Of a DNA stretch of 64,000 nucleotides, positions 1 to 9,364 are shown piece after piece. The notes beneath the pieces were generated by a model. The model made no database searches. It worked only from the letters and a program-made list of their open reading frames with translations, and was not told the origin of the DNA. A program made the translations under genes and the position numbers. Source of the stretch: an uncultured Opitutaceae bacterium (lineage in GTDB: Bacteria > Verrucomicrobiota > Verrucomicrobiia > Opitutales > Opitutaceae); contig CAZDZL010000004.1 in assembly GCA_964509885.1 (NCBI GenBank), positions 12,167-76,166 on the forward strand. The letters run 5' to 3'. Position 1 is the first letter of the stretch, and every line of letters begins with the position of its first letter.

Positions 1-399
1 GCCCGCGCGGCCGATGATGAAAAGCTGGTCACCATTGTGGCCAACGACTCCCTCAAGTTCGACGTCAAGGAGATCGATGCAACCCCCGGACAGAAGATCC
101 GCGTTCAACTCACGAACAAGGGTACCCTGCCCAAGGATGGGATGGGACACAACTGGATCCTCCTGGACAGCGAGTCCGAGGCCGGCCCCTATGCGACGAC
201 GGCACTCTCGGCCCGGTCTACCGAGTATGAGCCCAAGGCTTTGGCATCGCACGTGCTGGCTTCCATCCCGCTGCTGGGGCCCAAGGAAACGGGTGAAGTC
301 ACATTTTGCGCGCCCATGAAGCCCGGCAAGTACCCCTATATCTGCTCGTGCTCCGGCCACTCGATGGCGGGGATGAAGGGCTACCTGATCGTAAAGTAA
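1..399 (+). CDS. azurin-like type-1 copper protein, 5-prime end cut by the window edge
   Basis: The frame is open from nt 1 (..KLVTIVANDSLKFDV..), so the GTG at 37 is probably internal. Cupredoxin ligand motifs are present: MGHNWIL and YICSCSGHSMAGMKG. Clear paralog of the next ORF. Confidence 0.85.
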   Translation, partial: ARAADDEKLVTIVANDSLKFDVKEIDATPGQKIRVQLTNKGTLPKDGMGHNWILLDSESEAGPYATTALSARSTEYEPKALASHVLASIPLLGPKETGEVTFCAPMKPGKYPYICSCSGHSMAGMKGYLIVK

Positions 400-412
400 C
401 TTGAATCCACAC

Positions 413-895
413 ATGAAGACGCGCCTCCGCTTTGCCATCGCCCTTGCCTCCCTATTCGCCGCCGGCTGCGGCCAGAAGGACACCTCCACGACAGCCGCGG
501 CCGCCCCCGCCGGCCCCAGAGAGATCGACATCACGGCCGGCGACACGATGAAATTCGACGTCACGCAGATCGCCGCCAAGCCAGGCGAGGACCTGAAGGT
601 CGTCCTGACAAACAACGGCACGCAGCCGGTCCAGGTCATGGGCCACAATTGGGTTCTCTTGAAGGCGGGCACCGATGTGGATGCGTACGTCGCGGCCGCT
701 ATATCAGCGAAGGACTCGGGCTACCTTCCCGCGGCGCTTGCCGACGAGGTGGTCGCACACATCGACATCCTCGGGCCCCGGAAGTCGGGGGAAGCCGACT
801 TCAAGGCGCCCACGACCCCGGGCGACTACCCGTTTCTCTGCACATTTCCCGCGCACTACCAGAGCGGAATGAAGGGCGTCCTGACGGTCAAGTGA
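413..895 (+). CDS. azurin-like blue copper lipoprotein
   Basis: ATG at 413 (the track ORF begins at TTG 401). Signal peptide with lipobox LFAAGC. Azurin signatures MGHNWVLL and FLCTFPAHYQSGMKGVLTVK supply the His/Cys/His/Met ligands. Confidence 0.9.
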   Translation: MKTRLRFAIALASLFAAGCGQKDTSTTAAAAPAGPREIDITAGDTMKFDVTQIAAKPGEDLKVVLTNNGTQPVQVMGHNWVLLKAGTDVDAYVAAAISAKDSGYLPAALADEVVAHIDILGPRKSGEADFKAPTTPGDYPFLCTFPAHYQSGMKGVLTVK

Positions 896-1006
896 TGCGG
901 GCCGAGCAAGCGCCGGCACCAGCTCTTCATCTGGGCCTGGAACCGGCCAACGGAGTCAACAGGGTAACAGCGGCCGGACGAGGCCAATATTCTTGACCAG
1001 GCGTGC

Positions 1007-1447
1007 CTAGGGAACCTTCAGCACGAGTGCTGCGAAGCCATCAGCTTCGATCGTCACCGTGTCGCCTGTCGAGAGCCCGTAGATAGTCCAGGACTCAGCC
1101 CGGGCGACAATGTGCTCGGGAATCTCCTTTGTCTTGCCGTGGGCGTCGGACCCCATGTTCAGGAGCACGATTCCGCCGGCCTTGACCGAATTGCCGGAAG
1201 TGTTCTTGAGGGTGAGTCCAAAAGGTCCGTTGTCGCCGTCTTCCTTTTCGAAAGTTCCGGACAATGGAAGGGCGGGAAGGCTGGCATCCATGCGCCTTAG
1301 CTCGACCCCAATGGCGCCTGCCCTCGATGCCGGGACAAGGACCGTGGCGAGGCTGAAGATGCAGCCCAGAGCGGTCACCGTGACTTTGCCCATGGCCGGG
1401 CGGGCCCGCATGGACGTTGAACGCCTCAATAGTCGGAGATTCGTCAT
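1007..1447 (-). CDS. hypothetical secreted protein
   Basis: N-terminal hydrophobic signal-like segment (VTALGCIFSLATVLVPASRAGA). GC-rich third codon positions. No recognisable domain. Several in-frame Met, so the start is uncertain. Confidence 0.5.
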   Translation of the reverse strand: MTNLRLLRRSTSMRARPAMGKVTVTALGCIFSLATVLVPASRAGAIGVELRRMDASLPALPLSGTFEKEDGDNGPFGLTLKNTSGNSVKAGGIVLLNMGSDAHGKTKEIPEHIVARAESWTIYGLSTGDTVTIEADGFAALVLKVP

Positions 1448-2019
1448 TCGGTCATTCCTTCGCCCGATTCACGTGAGTCGCGCTTCTAGAATGCATGCGG
1501 AGGGTACACCGCCGCCGGGTTTGCTAGCAATGGGGTGTTACCCATCCGCCACGTAGATGCTCCCAGCCATTCCACTGCAGGGTCCAGGCATACCGATCGA
1601 CGCCTAAAGTACTTTCGACGATCGGCTGAATATCTTGCGGGACGATCGGTGTGCCTTCTTGAGTTGCATTCTTTCCAGCCGAACGCCGAAGAAACATTTC
1701 CAAAATCACGGCCACCGGTTTGAGTCCGCAAGCATCCGCCATCGCGATTGGCTCTTCCGGCGGGTTTTGCGATCTGGACTGACCACGAATCGTTTTAACC
1801 CAAGGCCGTTTTGCCATTGAGAAATCGTGCAATCAGCCGGCGATTGGGCGCTGGTTCTTGGCGGCTCGTCGCTCAATTCCCGCGGATAGGCGGAGCTGGA
1901 TCGCGAATAGTCCGGTCTGGCGCCAGCGTGGCGAGGTTGGCTGGACTCCGGACTCCTCTTTCGAATGCCCGAGGTATCCACCCTCAGATTAGCCATAATC
2001 CCGCCACCAACGAGAATTT

Positions 2020-2535
2020 ATGCCTTCCATGCCCCTCAAGACGCTGGTCGTCGGAATCCTGATGTTGGGCGGATCAGCCGTCGCGGCACAGACTTCGAGT
2101 CCCCAGTCTTCGGAGTTTCGCCAGTTCGACTTCTGGCTCGGCGACTGGGACGTCTTTGACGCGCAGGGTAACCCGGGTGGGAAAAGCCGCATTGAGAGCA
2201 TCGCCGATGGACACGGCATCCTTGAGAACTGGACGGATTCCAATGGGACGACTGGAAAGAGCCTGAACACCTATAACCCTGAAAAAAGATGCTGGCAGCA
2301 GTTCTGGGTCGGCGACGGGACTCCCGTCCTGGAGTTGTCCGGGGGCATCGTCGACGGCAACATGGTGCTGACCGGCACTCGGCAGGGAAAGGGGGACATC
2401 AAGGTCACGGACCGAATTGCGTGGACACCGAACGCCGACGGATCGGTGCGCCAGCGCTGGCAGTCCTCGGTTGACGGCGGAAAGACGTGGAAGGATGACT
2501 TCGACGGGATATATCGGCGTCGGCCGGCGCATTGA
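2020..2535 (+). CDS. secreted protein of unknown function (FDFWLGDW motif, DUF1579-like)
   Basis: ATG start with signal peptide LVVGILMLGGSAVAAQ. The FDFWLGDWDV .. ENW .. W pattern is recalled from small beta-barrel DUF1579-type proteins. The family call is tentative. Confidence 0.6.
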   Translation: MPSMPLKTLVVGILMLGGSAVAAQTSSPQSSEFRQFDFWLGDWDVFDAQGNPGGKSRIESIADGHGILENWTDSNGTTGKSLNTYNPEKRCWQQFWVGDGTPVLELSGGIVDGNMVLTGTRQGKGDIKVTDRIAWTPNADGSVRQRWQSSVDGGKTWKDDFDGIYRRRPAH

Positions 2536-2613
2536 CCCTCGAGCCGATCGGCCAGCCGACTTGATACTCGGCGAGCTTCTTGGGTCTCGCGGTCCAGGCG
2601 CCATGGAATCATT

Positions 2614-3486
2614 ATGGGACTCTTGCCGGCGAAGCCGGTAAGACTCAGTGGCAGTCCTGTCTCGACGGCCGAGCAGGTGTCGACAGCCTCTCGCGGTATG
2701 AGCGAAGCCGCCCCACCCACATGGACGGGCGCCCATGTCAGGGAACGATTCAACGCGATTGCCTCGATCCTGTACTACACCCGTGCTGCCCACTCGCTCG
2801 GCCTCTGGGATTCAGAGCGCATCCTGATCGAGCGGTATCTCCCGAGGCGCGACACGCGGCTGATCGAGGCCGGATGCGGTTCCGGCCGCGTGACGCTTGC
2901 CCTGTGGAAAATGGGCTACCCCGACATCTCGGCATTCGACTTTGCCGATGAGTTGCTGGACCAGGCCCAGAGCCTCGCAGGCAAGGAGGAGGCCCACTCC
3001 ATAGTTTTCAGGTGCGCCGATGCCACCCGGATCGATCGGTCCGACTTCGCGCTGGCGGACGGCGAAGGGTTCGGAGGTGCGCTGATGATGTTCAACGGGC
3101 TCATGCAGATTCCCGGGCGCCGGAATCGGGCCGAGGCGCTTCGACGGCTCCATAGCCTTTGCAAGCCCGGGGCTCCCCTAATCTTTACCACACACGACCG
3201 GGATGAACCCGCGGCGGACAAGGCCTGGTGGGAGGCAGAGGCCCTTAAATGGGAGCGTGGGGAACGAGATCCGCGCCTGGCGGATTTTGGGGACCGAATT
3301 TTTGAGAACGAGAGCGGCGAGGTATTCATCCATATTCCAGATCGCGGCGAGATTCTCGCCGACCTTGCAGGCTCCGGCTGGACCCACAGGTACGACGCAA
3401 TGAGAAGCGAAATCGCGGTCGAGAACCGGGCGGTGTCCGATTTCTCAGACGAGTGCCGGTTCTGGGTTGCCGAGCGAGGTTCCTGA
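2614..3486 (+). CDS. class I SAM-dependent methyltransferase
   Basis: Motif I LIEAGCGSGRVTLAL followed by an acidic loop (FDFADE) and GGALMMFNGL. An alternative start is the Met at 2698 (MSEAAPP). Confidence 0.8.
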   Translation: MGLLPAKPVRLSGSPVSTAEQVSTASRGMSEAAPPTWTGAHVRERFNAIASILYYTRAAHSLGLWDSERILIERYLPRRDTRLIEAGCGSGRVTLALWKMGYPDISAFDFADELLDQAQSLAGKEEAHSIVFRCADATRIDRSDFALADGEGFGGALMMFNGLMQIPGRRNRAEALRRLHSLCKPGAPLIFTTHDRDEPAADKAWWEAEALKWERGERDPRLADFGDRIFENESGEVFIHIPDRGEILADLAGSGWTHRYDAMRSEIAVENRAVSDFSDECRFWVAERGS

Positions 3487-3547
3487 ACGGGGCCCAGCGG
3501 GAAGGCTTACCCGCTCCCTGGAGCAGTCCTCACGGGCTGACCCAGGT

Positions 3548-4822
3548 TCAGTCTTCCAGCGAGGAATAATAGCCCGACGTGAAGGTGGCTATGATGTCAT
3601 CCTCGTTGAAGGTGAAATGCTGGCAGAGCAGGAGGGCCACCGTGCGCTCCTTCGGGTCGATCTGGACGTTGGTGGTGGCGGCTCCGTCCCATCCAAAGGT
3701 CCCGACACTCCCGGGTGTCGGGCTTTCGCCGAGGTCGGTGATGACGCGCACGCCCAGCCCGAACCCCTGCTCGCTCTTTCCATTCGGGTGGGGATCGGCC
3801 AGGTGGGCGATGTGGTTCTGCGTCATCAGCTCGACTGTCTTGCGGCTGAGGATGCGCACGTCCCCCAGCTTTCCCCCATTGAGGAGCATCTGGGAGAAGC
3901 GCGCGTAGTCCGCGGCAGTGGAGTACAGCCCTCCCCCGCCGCTCTCGAACCCGTGGCCTGGGCCCACGTCGTTGTTGTTCGCCTCATCAACGGGGCCAAG
4001 GGTGCCGTCGGCACCCCGCCTGTAGACCAGGGCGAGCCGGCTGCGCTTTTCCGGGGGAACCCAGAAGCCGGTGTCCTTCATTCCCAGCGGCCCGAGGATC
4101 TTCTCCTGAAAGAACAGATCGAGCCTCTCGCCGGAGACCTTCTCGACGACCGCGCCGAGAATGTCCGTGCTGATGCTGTACCGAAACGCGGTCCCCGGCT
4201 GCTGGCGCAGGGGCAGCAGCGCGGCATGGGCGATGAAATCGTCCATGCTTGTCGATTTCCGTGTCTTTGACCGGGTGAGCAACTCGGCTACGACAGCGGA
4301 GTCGGTATTCCATTCGTAGTAGTAGCCCGACGTATGCGTGAGGAGATCGTTGAGGGTGATGGGCCGGGACGCAGCCACCAGAACGGGCGCGTCGGCTGTC
4401 CCGCCCATGAACACCTTTCGGTCCCTCAGGGCGGGCAGGTACTGCTCAACGGGGTCGGTCAGCTTCAGCCGGCCGTCCTCCAGGAGCTTCAGCACCGCTG
4501 TCGTGGTGATCAGCTTCGACATCGAGTAGATCCGGACAATGGAATCCTTCTGCATCGGTTTCTTGGCTGCGATGTCCTGCCACCCGTAGGCGCGCCAGTC
4601 GGCGATCTTGCCGTCGCGGGCGAGCAGGAAGATGTATCCGGAAAACTTCCCCTGGTCGACGACCTGCTCCAGGTTGCGGTGCATGACATCGAGGCGCGCG
4701 GACGAGATTCCCTCGGCCGCGGGGGTGGCCGTCGGCAGCGGCCAGGCGGGGTCGGCGCGGGCCGCAAGGACGGCCACGGCAAACCCAAGGATGACAGCTC
4801 CTGTCGATTTGAGTCGGTTCAT
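3548..4822 (-). CDS. serine hydrolase, beta-lactamase / penicillin-binding-protein family (class C-like)
   Basis: Signal peptide. SxxK active-site motif (YSMSKLITT). Length and overall pattern are typical of the family. Confidence 0.9.
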   Translation of the reverse strand: MNRLKSTGAVILGFAVAVLAARADPAWPLPTATPAAEGISSARLDVMHRNLEQVVDQGKFSGYIFLLARDGKIADWRAYGWQDIAAKKPMQKDSIVRIYSMSKLITTTAVLKLLEDGRLKLTDPVEQYLPALRDRKVFMGGTADAPVLVAASRPITLNDLLTHTSGYYYEWNTDSAVVAELLTRSKTRKSTSMDDFIAHAALLPLRQQPGTAFRYSISTDILGAVVEKVSGERLDLFFQEKILGPLGMKDTGFWVPPEKRSRLALVYRRGADGTLGPVDEANNNDVGPGHGFESGGGGLYSTAADYARFSQMLLNGGKLGDVRILSRKTVELMTQNHIAHLADPHPNGKSEQGFGLGVRVITDLGESPTPGSVGTFGWDGAATTNVQIDPKERTVALLLCQHFTFNEDDIIATFTSGYYSSLED

Positions 4823-4933
4823 GGGGAGATTCGGGGTTGAACCGGAACGGTGCGGATAAACCTTGCCCGTGGATTGGGGGTTGTCACATGAATTTGTCGC
4901 CCGGCTGGGGTTGCGGTCCTCCCGGGCCGGCAG

Positions 4934-6982
4934 TCAGAAATCGTGAATCACCTTCGGAGGAAGCGCGGCTCGCAATGCATTCAGAATTGCCAGCACGTCG
5001 ATGATCTCCTGCGCGATGGCGCCGCTTACGGGATTCAGGTGCCCCGTCGCCGCGAAGCCCATGCCGAAGATACTCAGGGCCATGCCGCCCACCGCGCTCT
5101 GCAGCGCGATAACGCGCATGCGCCGGCTGATGTGCATGACCTCATCCACCTTGGTGAGTGAGTTGTCCATGATGACGATGCCCGCCGCCTCGGACGTCAC
5201 GTCGCTGTTCTGGCCGATGGCCACCCCGACCGTGGCGGCCATCATCGCGGGTGCGTCGTTTATCCCGTCGCCAACGTAAAGGGTCTTCGCCTTGGCGGTC
5301 TCCTCGCGAACAATGGCAAGCTTCTGCTCCGGGCTCCTCTCCGCATATATCTCGGTGATGCCCACCTGCTCGGCAAGATACCGCACCTCCGACTCACGGT
5401 CGCCCGAGACCAGCATGACGCGCGCAAAGTGGTGCTTCGGGCCCAAATGGCCCACGAATGCGCGGCTGTCGCCGCGTGGGGCGTCCCGGAATCGCAGCAA
5501 CGCGGCGTACCTGCCGTCGATCGCCACGACGCATTCGAGTCCACCGGCAACCGGCGGGATCTTCTCGCTACCCGGAACAGCTTGTGCCGCCAGTTTGCCC
5601 CGACTCGTCACCTGCACGGATCGGCCGGCAACTGTCCCGCGCAGGCCTTGACCCGGGGCCTCGCTCACCTCGGCGGCCTCAGGAATCTCGATGCCAGCCT
5701 CGCTCGCCGCGGCCAGGACCGCCCTGGCCAGCGGGTGCCTGGAGTAGCGCTCCAGTCCCGCAACGAGGGTCAGCATCTCTCGCTGCCCGATGCCTGGGGC
5801 GAGGATCTGGTCGGTCAGCCTCGGTTCCCCGTAGGTCAGCGTCCCGGTCTTGTCGAAGATGGCGGTGCGGCATCCGGCGATCTGCTCGATCACCGCCGAG
5901 CTTTTGACAATGATCGCTCGGCGCGCGCAGAGGGAGATGGATCCAATAATGGCTATGGGGATAGCGAGCAGCAGCGGGCACGGCGTGGCGATCACGAGCA
6001 CGGCGAGGAATCGGGTTGAGTCGCCGCTGAACGCCCAGGCAAGCGAGGCGCCCACAAGGGCCACCGGCGTGTAGATCGCGCCAAGCTGGTCACCGAGCCT
6101 CCTCAGCCTGGGCCGCTTGCTCTGCGACTCGCGCATCACCTCCATGATCCTTGCGTAGCGCGAGTCGGCCGCGAGATGCGTCGCGCGTATCGTAAGGGCC
6201 GACTCTCCGTTGATGGCACCCGAGATCACGGCCGATCCGCTTGTCTTCGTTATCTGGAACGGCTCGCCCGTCAGATAGGATTCATCCATCGTTCCATGGC
6301 CCTCGATGACCACGCCATCGACCGGGCATATCTCATGCGGGTATACCGCGATCATGTCGTCCAGGGCGATCTCCTGCAACGCGATGTCTGCGATTGCAGG
6401 TCCCTGTTTTCGGTGGGCTACCGAAGGCATCCTCTTGGCCAGGGCCGCCAAGGCCGACGAGGCCCTGCGCAACGCAAAGCTCTCGAGAGCCTCCCCTCCG
6501 GAGAGCATCAGGACGATGATCGAGCCCGCGAGATACTCGCCCAGCACGAGCGAGGTGACGATCGAGATGCCGCCGAGAAGGTCGGAGCCGAACTCCCGCC
6601 TCAGGACCCTTTTCGACAGGTCATAGATAAGGGGGATCCCCCCGATGACGAGAGTGGCGAGCAGAGGCAATCGGCACAGGCGCGGTGGCGCCTGGAACCC
6701 GAAGCGGAGCATCAAATAGGCGAGGATCCCGCCGGCGGAGATAGCCGCAATGACCGTCGTTCGGCGCTGCCAGAGGGCGCCCATCCAAGCCCAGGAGGTG
6801 CCTGTCAGGTTCCCTTGGCTCGGATCGCTTGGCGGGGTCTTGCGAGGTTCGGCTGAAGCTGCAGGCGTCATTGAAGTCTGGGGAAGGATAGCATGTTTCA
6901 CTCGCCCCGTTAGACCACTTGTTGCCAAAAGAGATGCATTGCTTGGCCGCCACCCATGCGGTGGCGGGACTGCAGCATCCAT
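4934..6982 (-). CDS. heavy-metal translocating P1B-type ATPase with a TPCP transmembrane motif and no N-terminal metal-binding domain
   Basis: DKTGTLT phosphorylation site, GDGINDAPA hinge, TGEP actuator motif, and [13 protein letters not shown] in the TM4-equivalent helix. No CxxC HMA domain. An alternative start is the Met at 6871. Confidence 0.9.
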   Translation of the reverse strand: MDAAVPPPHGWRPSNASLLATSGLTGRVKHAILPQTSMTPAASAEPRKTPPSDPSQGNLTGTSWAWMGALWQRRTTVIAAISAGGILAYLMLRFGFQAPPRLCRLPLLATLVIGGIPLIYDLSKRVLRREFGSDLLGGISIVTSLVLGEYLAGSIIVLMLSGGEALESFALRRASSALAALAKRMPSVAHRKQGPAIADIALQEIALDDMIAVYPHEICPVDGVVIEGHGTMDESYLTGEPFQITKTSGSAVISGAINGESALTIRATHLAADSRYARIMEVMRESQSKRPRLRRLGDQLGAIYTPVALVGASLAWAFSGDSTRFLAVLVIATPCPLLLAIPIAIIGSISLCARRAIIVKSSAVIEQIAGCRTAIFDKTGTLTYGEPRLTDQILAPGIGQREMLTLVAGLERYSRHPLARAVLAAASEAGIEIPEAAEVSEAPGQGLRGTVAGRSVQVTSRGKLAAQAVPGSEKIPPVAGGLECVVAIDGRYAALLRFRDAPRGDSRAFVGHLGPKHHFARVMLVSGDRESEVRYLAEQVGITEIYAERSPEQKLAIVREETAKAKTLYVGDGINDAPAMMAATVGVAIGQNSDVTSEAAGIVIMDNSLTKVDEVMHISRRMRVIALQSAVGGMALSIFGMGFAATGHLNPVSGAIAQEIIDVLAILNALRAALPPKVIHDF

Positions 6983-7001
6983 AGGGTCATGGACCAGGAG
7001 G

Positions 7002-7700
7002 CTATCCCTTACCTTGGGCCAGCTCGCCCGCGTAGAATTCCTGCGCAGTCCGCAGCAGTTGCGCCTCGGTGAGGTGGTGCTGGTCCACGACTATGGATCC
7101 GATCACCCTCCGGGATATCTCCGGATGCTTGGAGTCGAGCCATTTGGTGAATTCGCCCATCTCGCTACCGGTTCCCTTTCCGCTGCCCACAACGAGGATA
7201 GCCCCATTCCTTCCCAGCACTTCGGCGACCGGCCCGAAGAAACTGTTCGGGTCGGGTCTCTCGCGACCCCGGGCGAAGTCCTTCGAGTTGTGCGCGTGAC
7301 GGAAGTGGTCCTCTGGCTTGTGCGGCATTATCCGCGAGGGAACGGACCCGTGCATCACGGAACGGAATACCCGGGCCTCGTGGTGGTTGATAACCACCAG
7401 CCAGTGGGCCTCCTTCTCTGCGGCATCGGCCAAGGGCGCCTCGGAACCCTCGAGGAAATGCCTGAGCTCCATCAGGCGCTCCACATCCACGGTCTCGCCC
7501 GGCTGGTGGCCCCGGATGACAAGGACGTTGCCATTGCGGCCAAATCTCAGGCATCCGTTCGGCTCCTCCACGACCGTTCCAAGCCGCTTGAGAAGTGCTC
7601 GGGTCTCCCGCCAGCCCAGGTTGTGCGAGATGGGGTGGCAAAAAATCTTTCGATAGCTGCGCAGATGTGCGCCGCTCAGTTCTGTTTCCATGGGTGACAT
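7002..7700 (-). CDS. uncharacterised two-domain protein (copy 1): HicA-like N-terminal region plus host-attachment/eRF1-like C-terminal region
   Basis: 232-aa ORF with GC-rich third positions. By-eye alignment to the ORF at 53618-54304 shows roughly half or more of residues identical. Shared blocks include HPxSHNLxWR, [29 protein letters not shown], GKGTxSEM and HHL(T/S)EAQLL. Confidence 0.8.
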   Translation of the reverse strand: MSPMETELSGAHLRSYRKIFCHPISHNLGWRETRALLKRLGTVVEEPNGCLRFGRNGNVLVIRGHQPGETVDVERLMELRHFLEGSEAPLADAAEKEAHWLVVINHHEARVFRSVMHGSVPSRIMPHKPEDHFRHAHNSKDFARGRERPDPNSFFGPVAEVLGRNGAILVVGSGKGTGSEMGEFTKWLDSKHPEISRRVIGSIVVDQHHLTEAQLLRTAQEFYAGELAQGKG

Positions 7701-7731
7701 ATTTGGGAGGCTCAGGGGTTGGAGATGCAGT

Positions 7732-8022
7732 CTAGGCTGCGAACCCGAACCGGAACCGCTCCTCCTCCGGCCTGATGTTGAGTGTGACGCAGATCATCCG
7801 GGAAGCGGCTCCGGAGGCCGCCACCTTCACCATCCGGTCAAAGTCCGCCTTCGGGAGATCCGCCCCCTCGCGTCGGATCGCGTGGAGACCGAATCCGCGC
7901 TCCAGGAGGAGCTGGAGGAACTCCTCGCAGGCAACGGGGTCATCCGTCACGTACTGGTGCTTCTCGGGCTGCGAATGCTTCCGGAGCTGCAGGCTGTATT
8001 CGATGGAGTATTTCTTGAGCAT
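7732..8022 (-). CDS. hypothetical 96-aa protein
   Basis: First gene of the minus-strand operon, 31 nt upstream of 7700. Coding-like third-position GC. No recognisable motif. Confidence 0.55.
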   Translation of the reverse strand: MLKKYSIEYSLQLRKHSQPEKHQYVTDDPVACEEFLQLLLERGFGLHAIRREGADLPKADFDRMVKVAASGAASRMICVTLNIRPEEERFRFGFAA

Positions 8023-8068
8023 GGTGGTGTCCTCTGGTTGTTAGACCGGGGAGGGCGCCCCCTTTGGA

Positions 8069-9364
8069 ATGTCCTCTCCCGTCGGGCACAATCTAGCGCA
8101 ACCGGCTCCTGCTCGCTGGGCACTTCTTGGCGTTTCCCTCCCGGATCTTGCCAATTGGTTTCGGCCTGCCCCGAGGGCGCGCGACATGACGGATCGCCTC
8201 CCCCGCCTCTCTCCCGTGGGGCCGAGGGGCCTTGCAGCGGGGCGCCTTAACGTTCATTGTCAGGCCCTGTTGCCCAACGAGGATTTCACGTCCCTGACCA
8301 AGAACGCGCTCATCGCCCGGCTCCGGGACCTGAAGCGGGAACGGCTGGTGACGAACAAGGAGCTACGCGACGTAAAGGCGGCGCTCGACCAGCACTCAAT
8401 CGTGGCCATAACCGATGCGTCGGGGAAGATAACCCACGTCAACGACAAGTTCTGCGCGATCTCGAAGTATTCGAGGGACGAGCTTCTCGGGAAGGACCAC
8501 CGCATCATCAACTCCCACCACCATCCGAAGGAGTTCTTCCGGAACCTTTGGTCCACCATCGGCCGAGGCGAGGTCTGGTGCGGGGAGCTCAGGAACCGGG
8601 CAAAGGACGGCTCGATCTACTGGGTGGACACGACCATATTTCCCTTCGTCAACGAGTCGGGCAAGCCCGTCAAGTACGTGGCCATCCGGACCGACATAAC
8701 GAAGCGGAAGGCGGACGACGAGGAGCACCTGAGGCTCGAGGCCGAGCTTCTCGCGTCCAGCGAAAGGGAAAGGCTCAGCATAGGCTCGGACCTCCATGAC
8801 GGCCTCGGACAGCAGCTGACGGCCGTCGAGTTCATGTGCGCCGCGCTTAGGGAGGACATCGCGCAGAGGCATCCCGAGCTTGCCAGGCGCGTCGGGCAGG
8901 TCGGCGCCAGGCTCAGGGAAGCCGTCGCGTTGACGCGAAACCTCTCGCGAGGGCTGGTGCCCGTTGGCACCGGCCCGGACGCCCTCCAGAACGGGCTCGC
9001 GGACCTTGCCGAGCGCACAAGCGAGATTGGCGGCGTCCTCTGCCGATTCGAGTGCCGCGGTCCGCTGCCGGCGCTCGACCCCTCGACCGCGGGCCATGTC
9101 TACAGGATCGCGCAGGAGGCGACGAACAACGCGGTGAAGCACGCCCGCGCCGGGAGGGTCGCCGTTCGCCTGGAAAAGAGGGACGGCAGCCTGATGCTGG
9201 AGGTCGCGGACAACGGCACCGGAATGGGCAAGCAGAACCTCGAACGACGGGGCCTTGGCCTCGGCCTTATGCGCCACCGTGCCAACGTGATCGGGGGCGA
9301 ACTCTCCATAGTCTCGGTTCCTGGCCAGGGCGTCACGGTGACATGCACGGTGCCGATCCGATGA
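8069..9364 (+). CDS. PAS-domain sensor histidine kinase (HisKA_3 / NarL-partner type)
   Basis: PAS core (IVAITDASGKITHVNDKFCAISKYSRDELLGKDHRII..). H-box SDLHDGLGQQLTA. HATPase N/G boxes (EATNNAVKHA, DNGTGM, GLGLMRHR). An alternative ATG is at 8186. Confidence 0.9.
   Translation: MSSPVGHNLAQPAPARWALLGVSLPDLANWFRPAPRARDMTDRLPRLSPVGPRGLAAGRLNVHCQALLPNEDFTSLTKNALIARLRDLKRERLVTNKELRDVKAALDQHSIVAITDASGKITHVNDKFCAISKYSRDELLGKDHRIINSHHHPKEFFRNLWSTIGRGEVWCGELRNRAKDGSIYWVDTTIFPFVNESGKPVKYVAIRTDITKRKADDEEHLRLEAELLASSERERLSIGSDLHDGLGQQLTAVEFMCAALREDIAQRHPELARRVGQVGARLREAVALTRNLSRGLVPVGTGPDALQNGLADLAERTSEIGGVLCRFECRGPLPALDPSTAGHVYRIAQEATNNAVKHARAGRVAVRLEKRDGSLMLEVADNGTGMGKQNLERRGLGLGLMRHRANVIGGELSIVSVPGQGVTVTCTVPIR

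Noticed and set aside
1524-1832. 102-aa minus-strand ORF in the AT-richer gap.
   Set aside because: No start context and no recognisable motif. It overlaps two other equally weak ORFs and has atypical composition. It is recorded only as part of the gap finding.
7700-7732. Considered the 96-aa and 232-aa pair as a classical toxin-antitoxin module because of the HicA-like N-terminal region.
   Set aside because: The second copy (53618-54304) has no small partner gene, the putative catalytic His of HicA is not conserved, and the genes sit in an operon with a transporter. A simple TA pair is therefore not supported.
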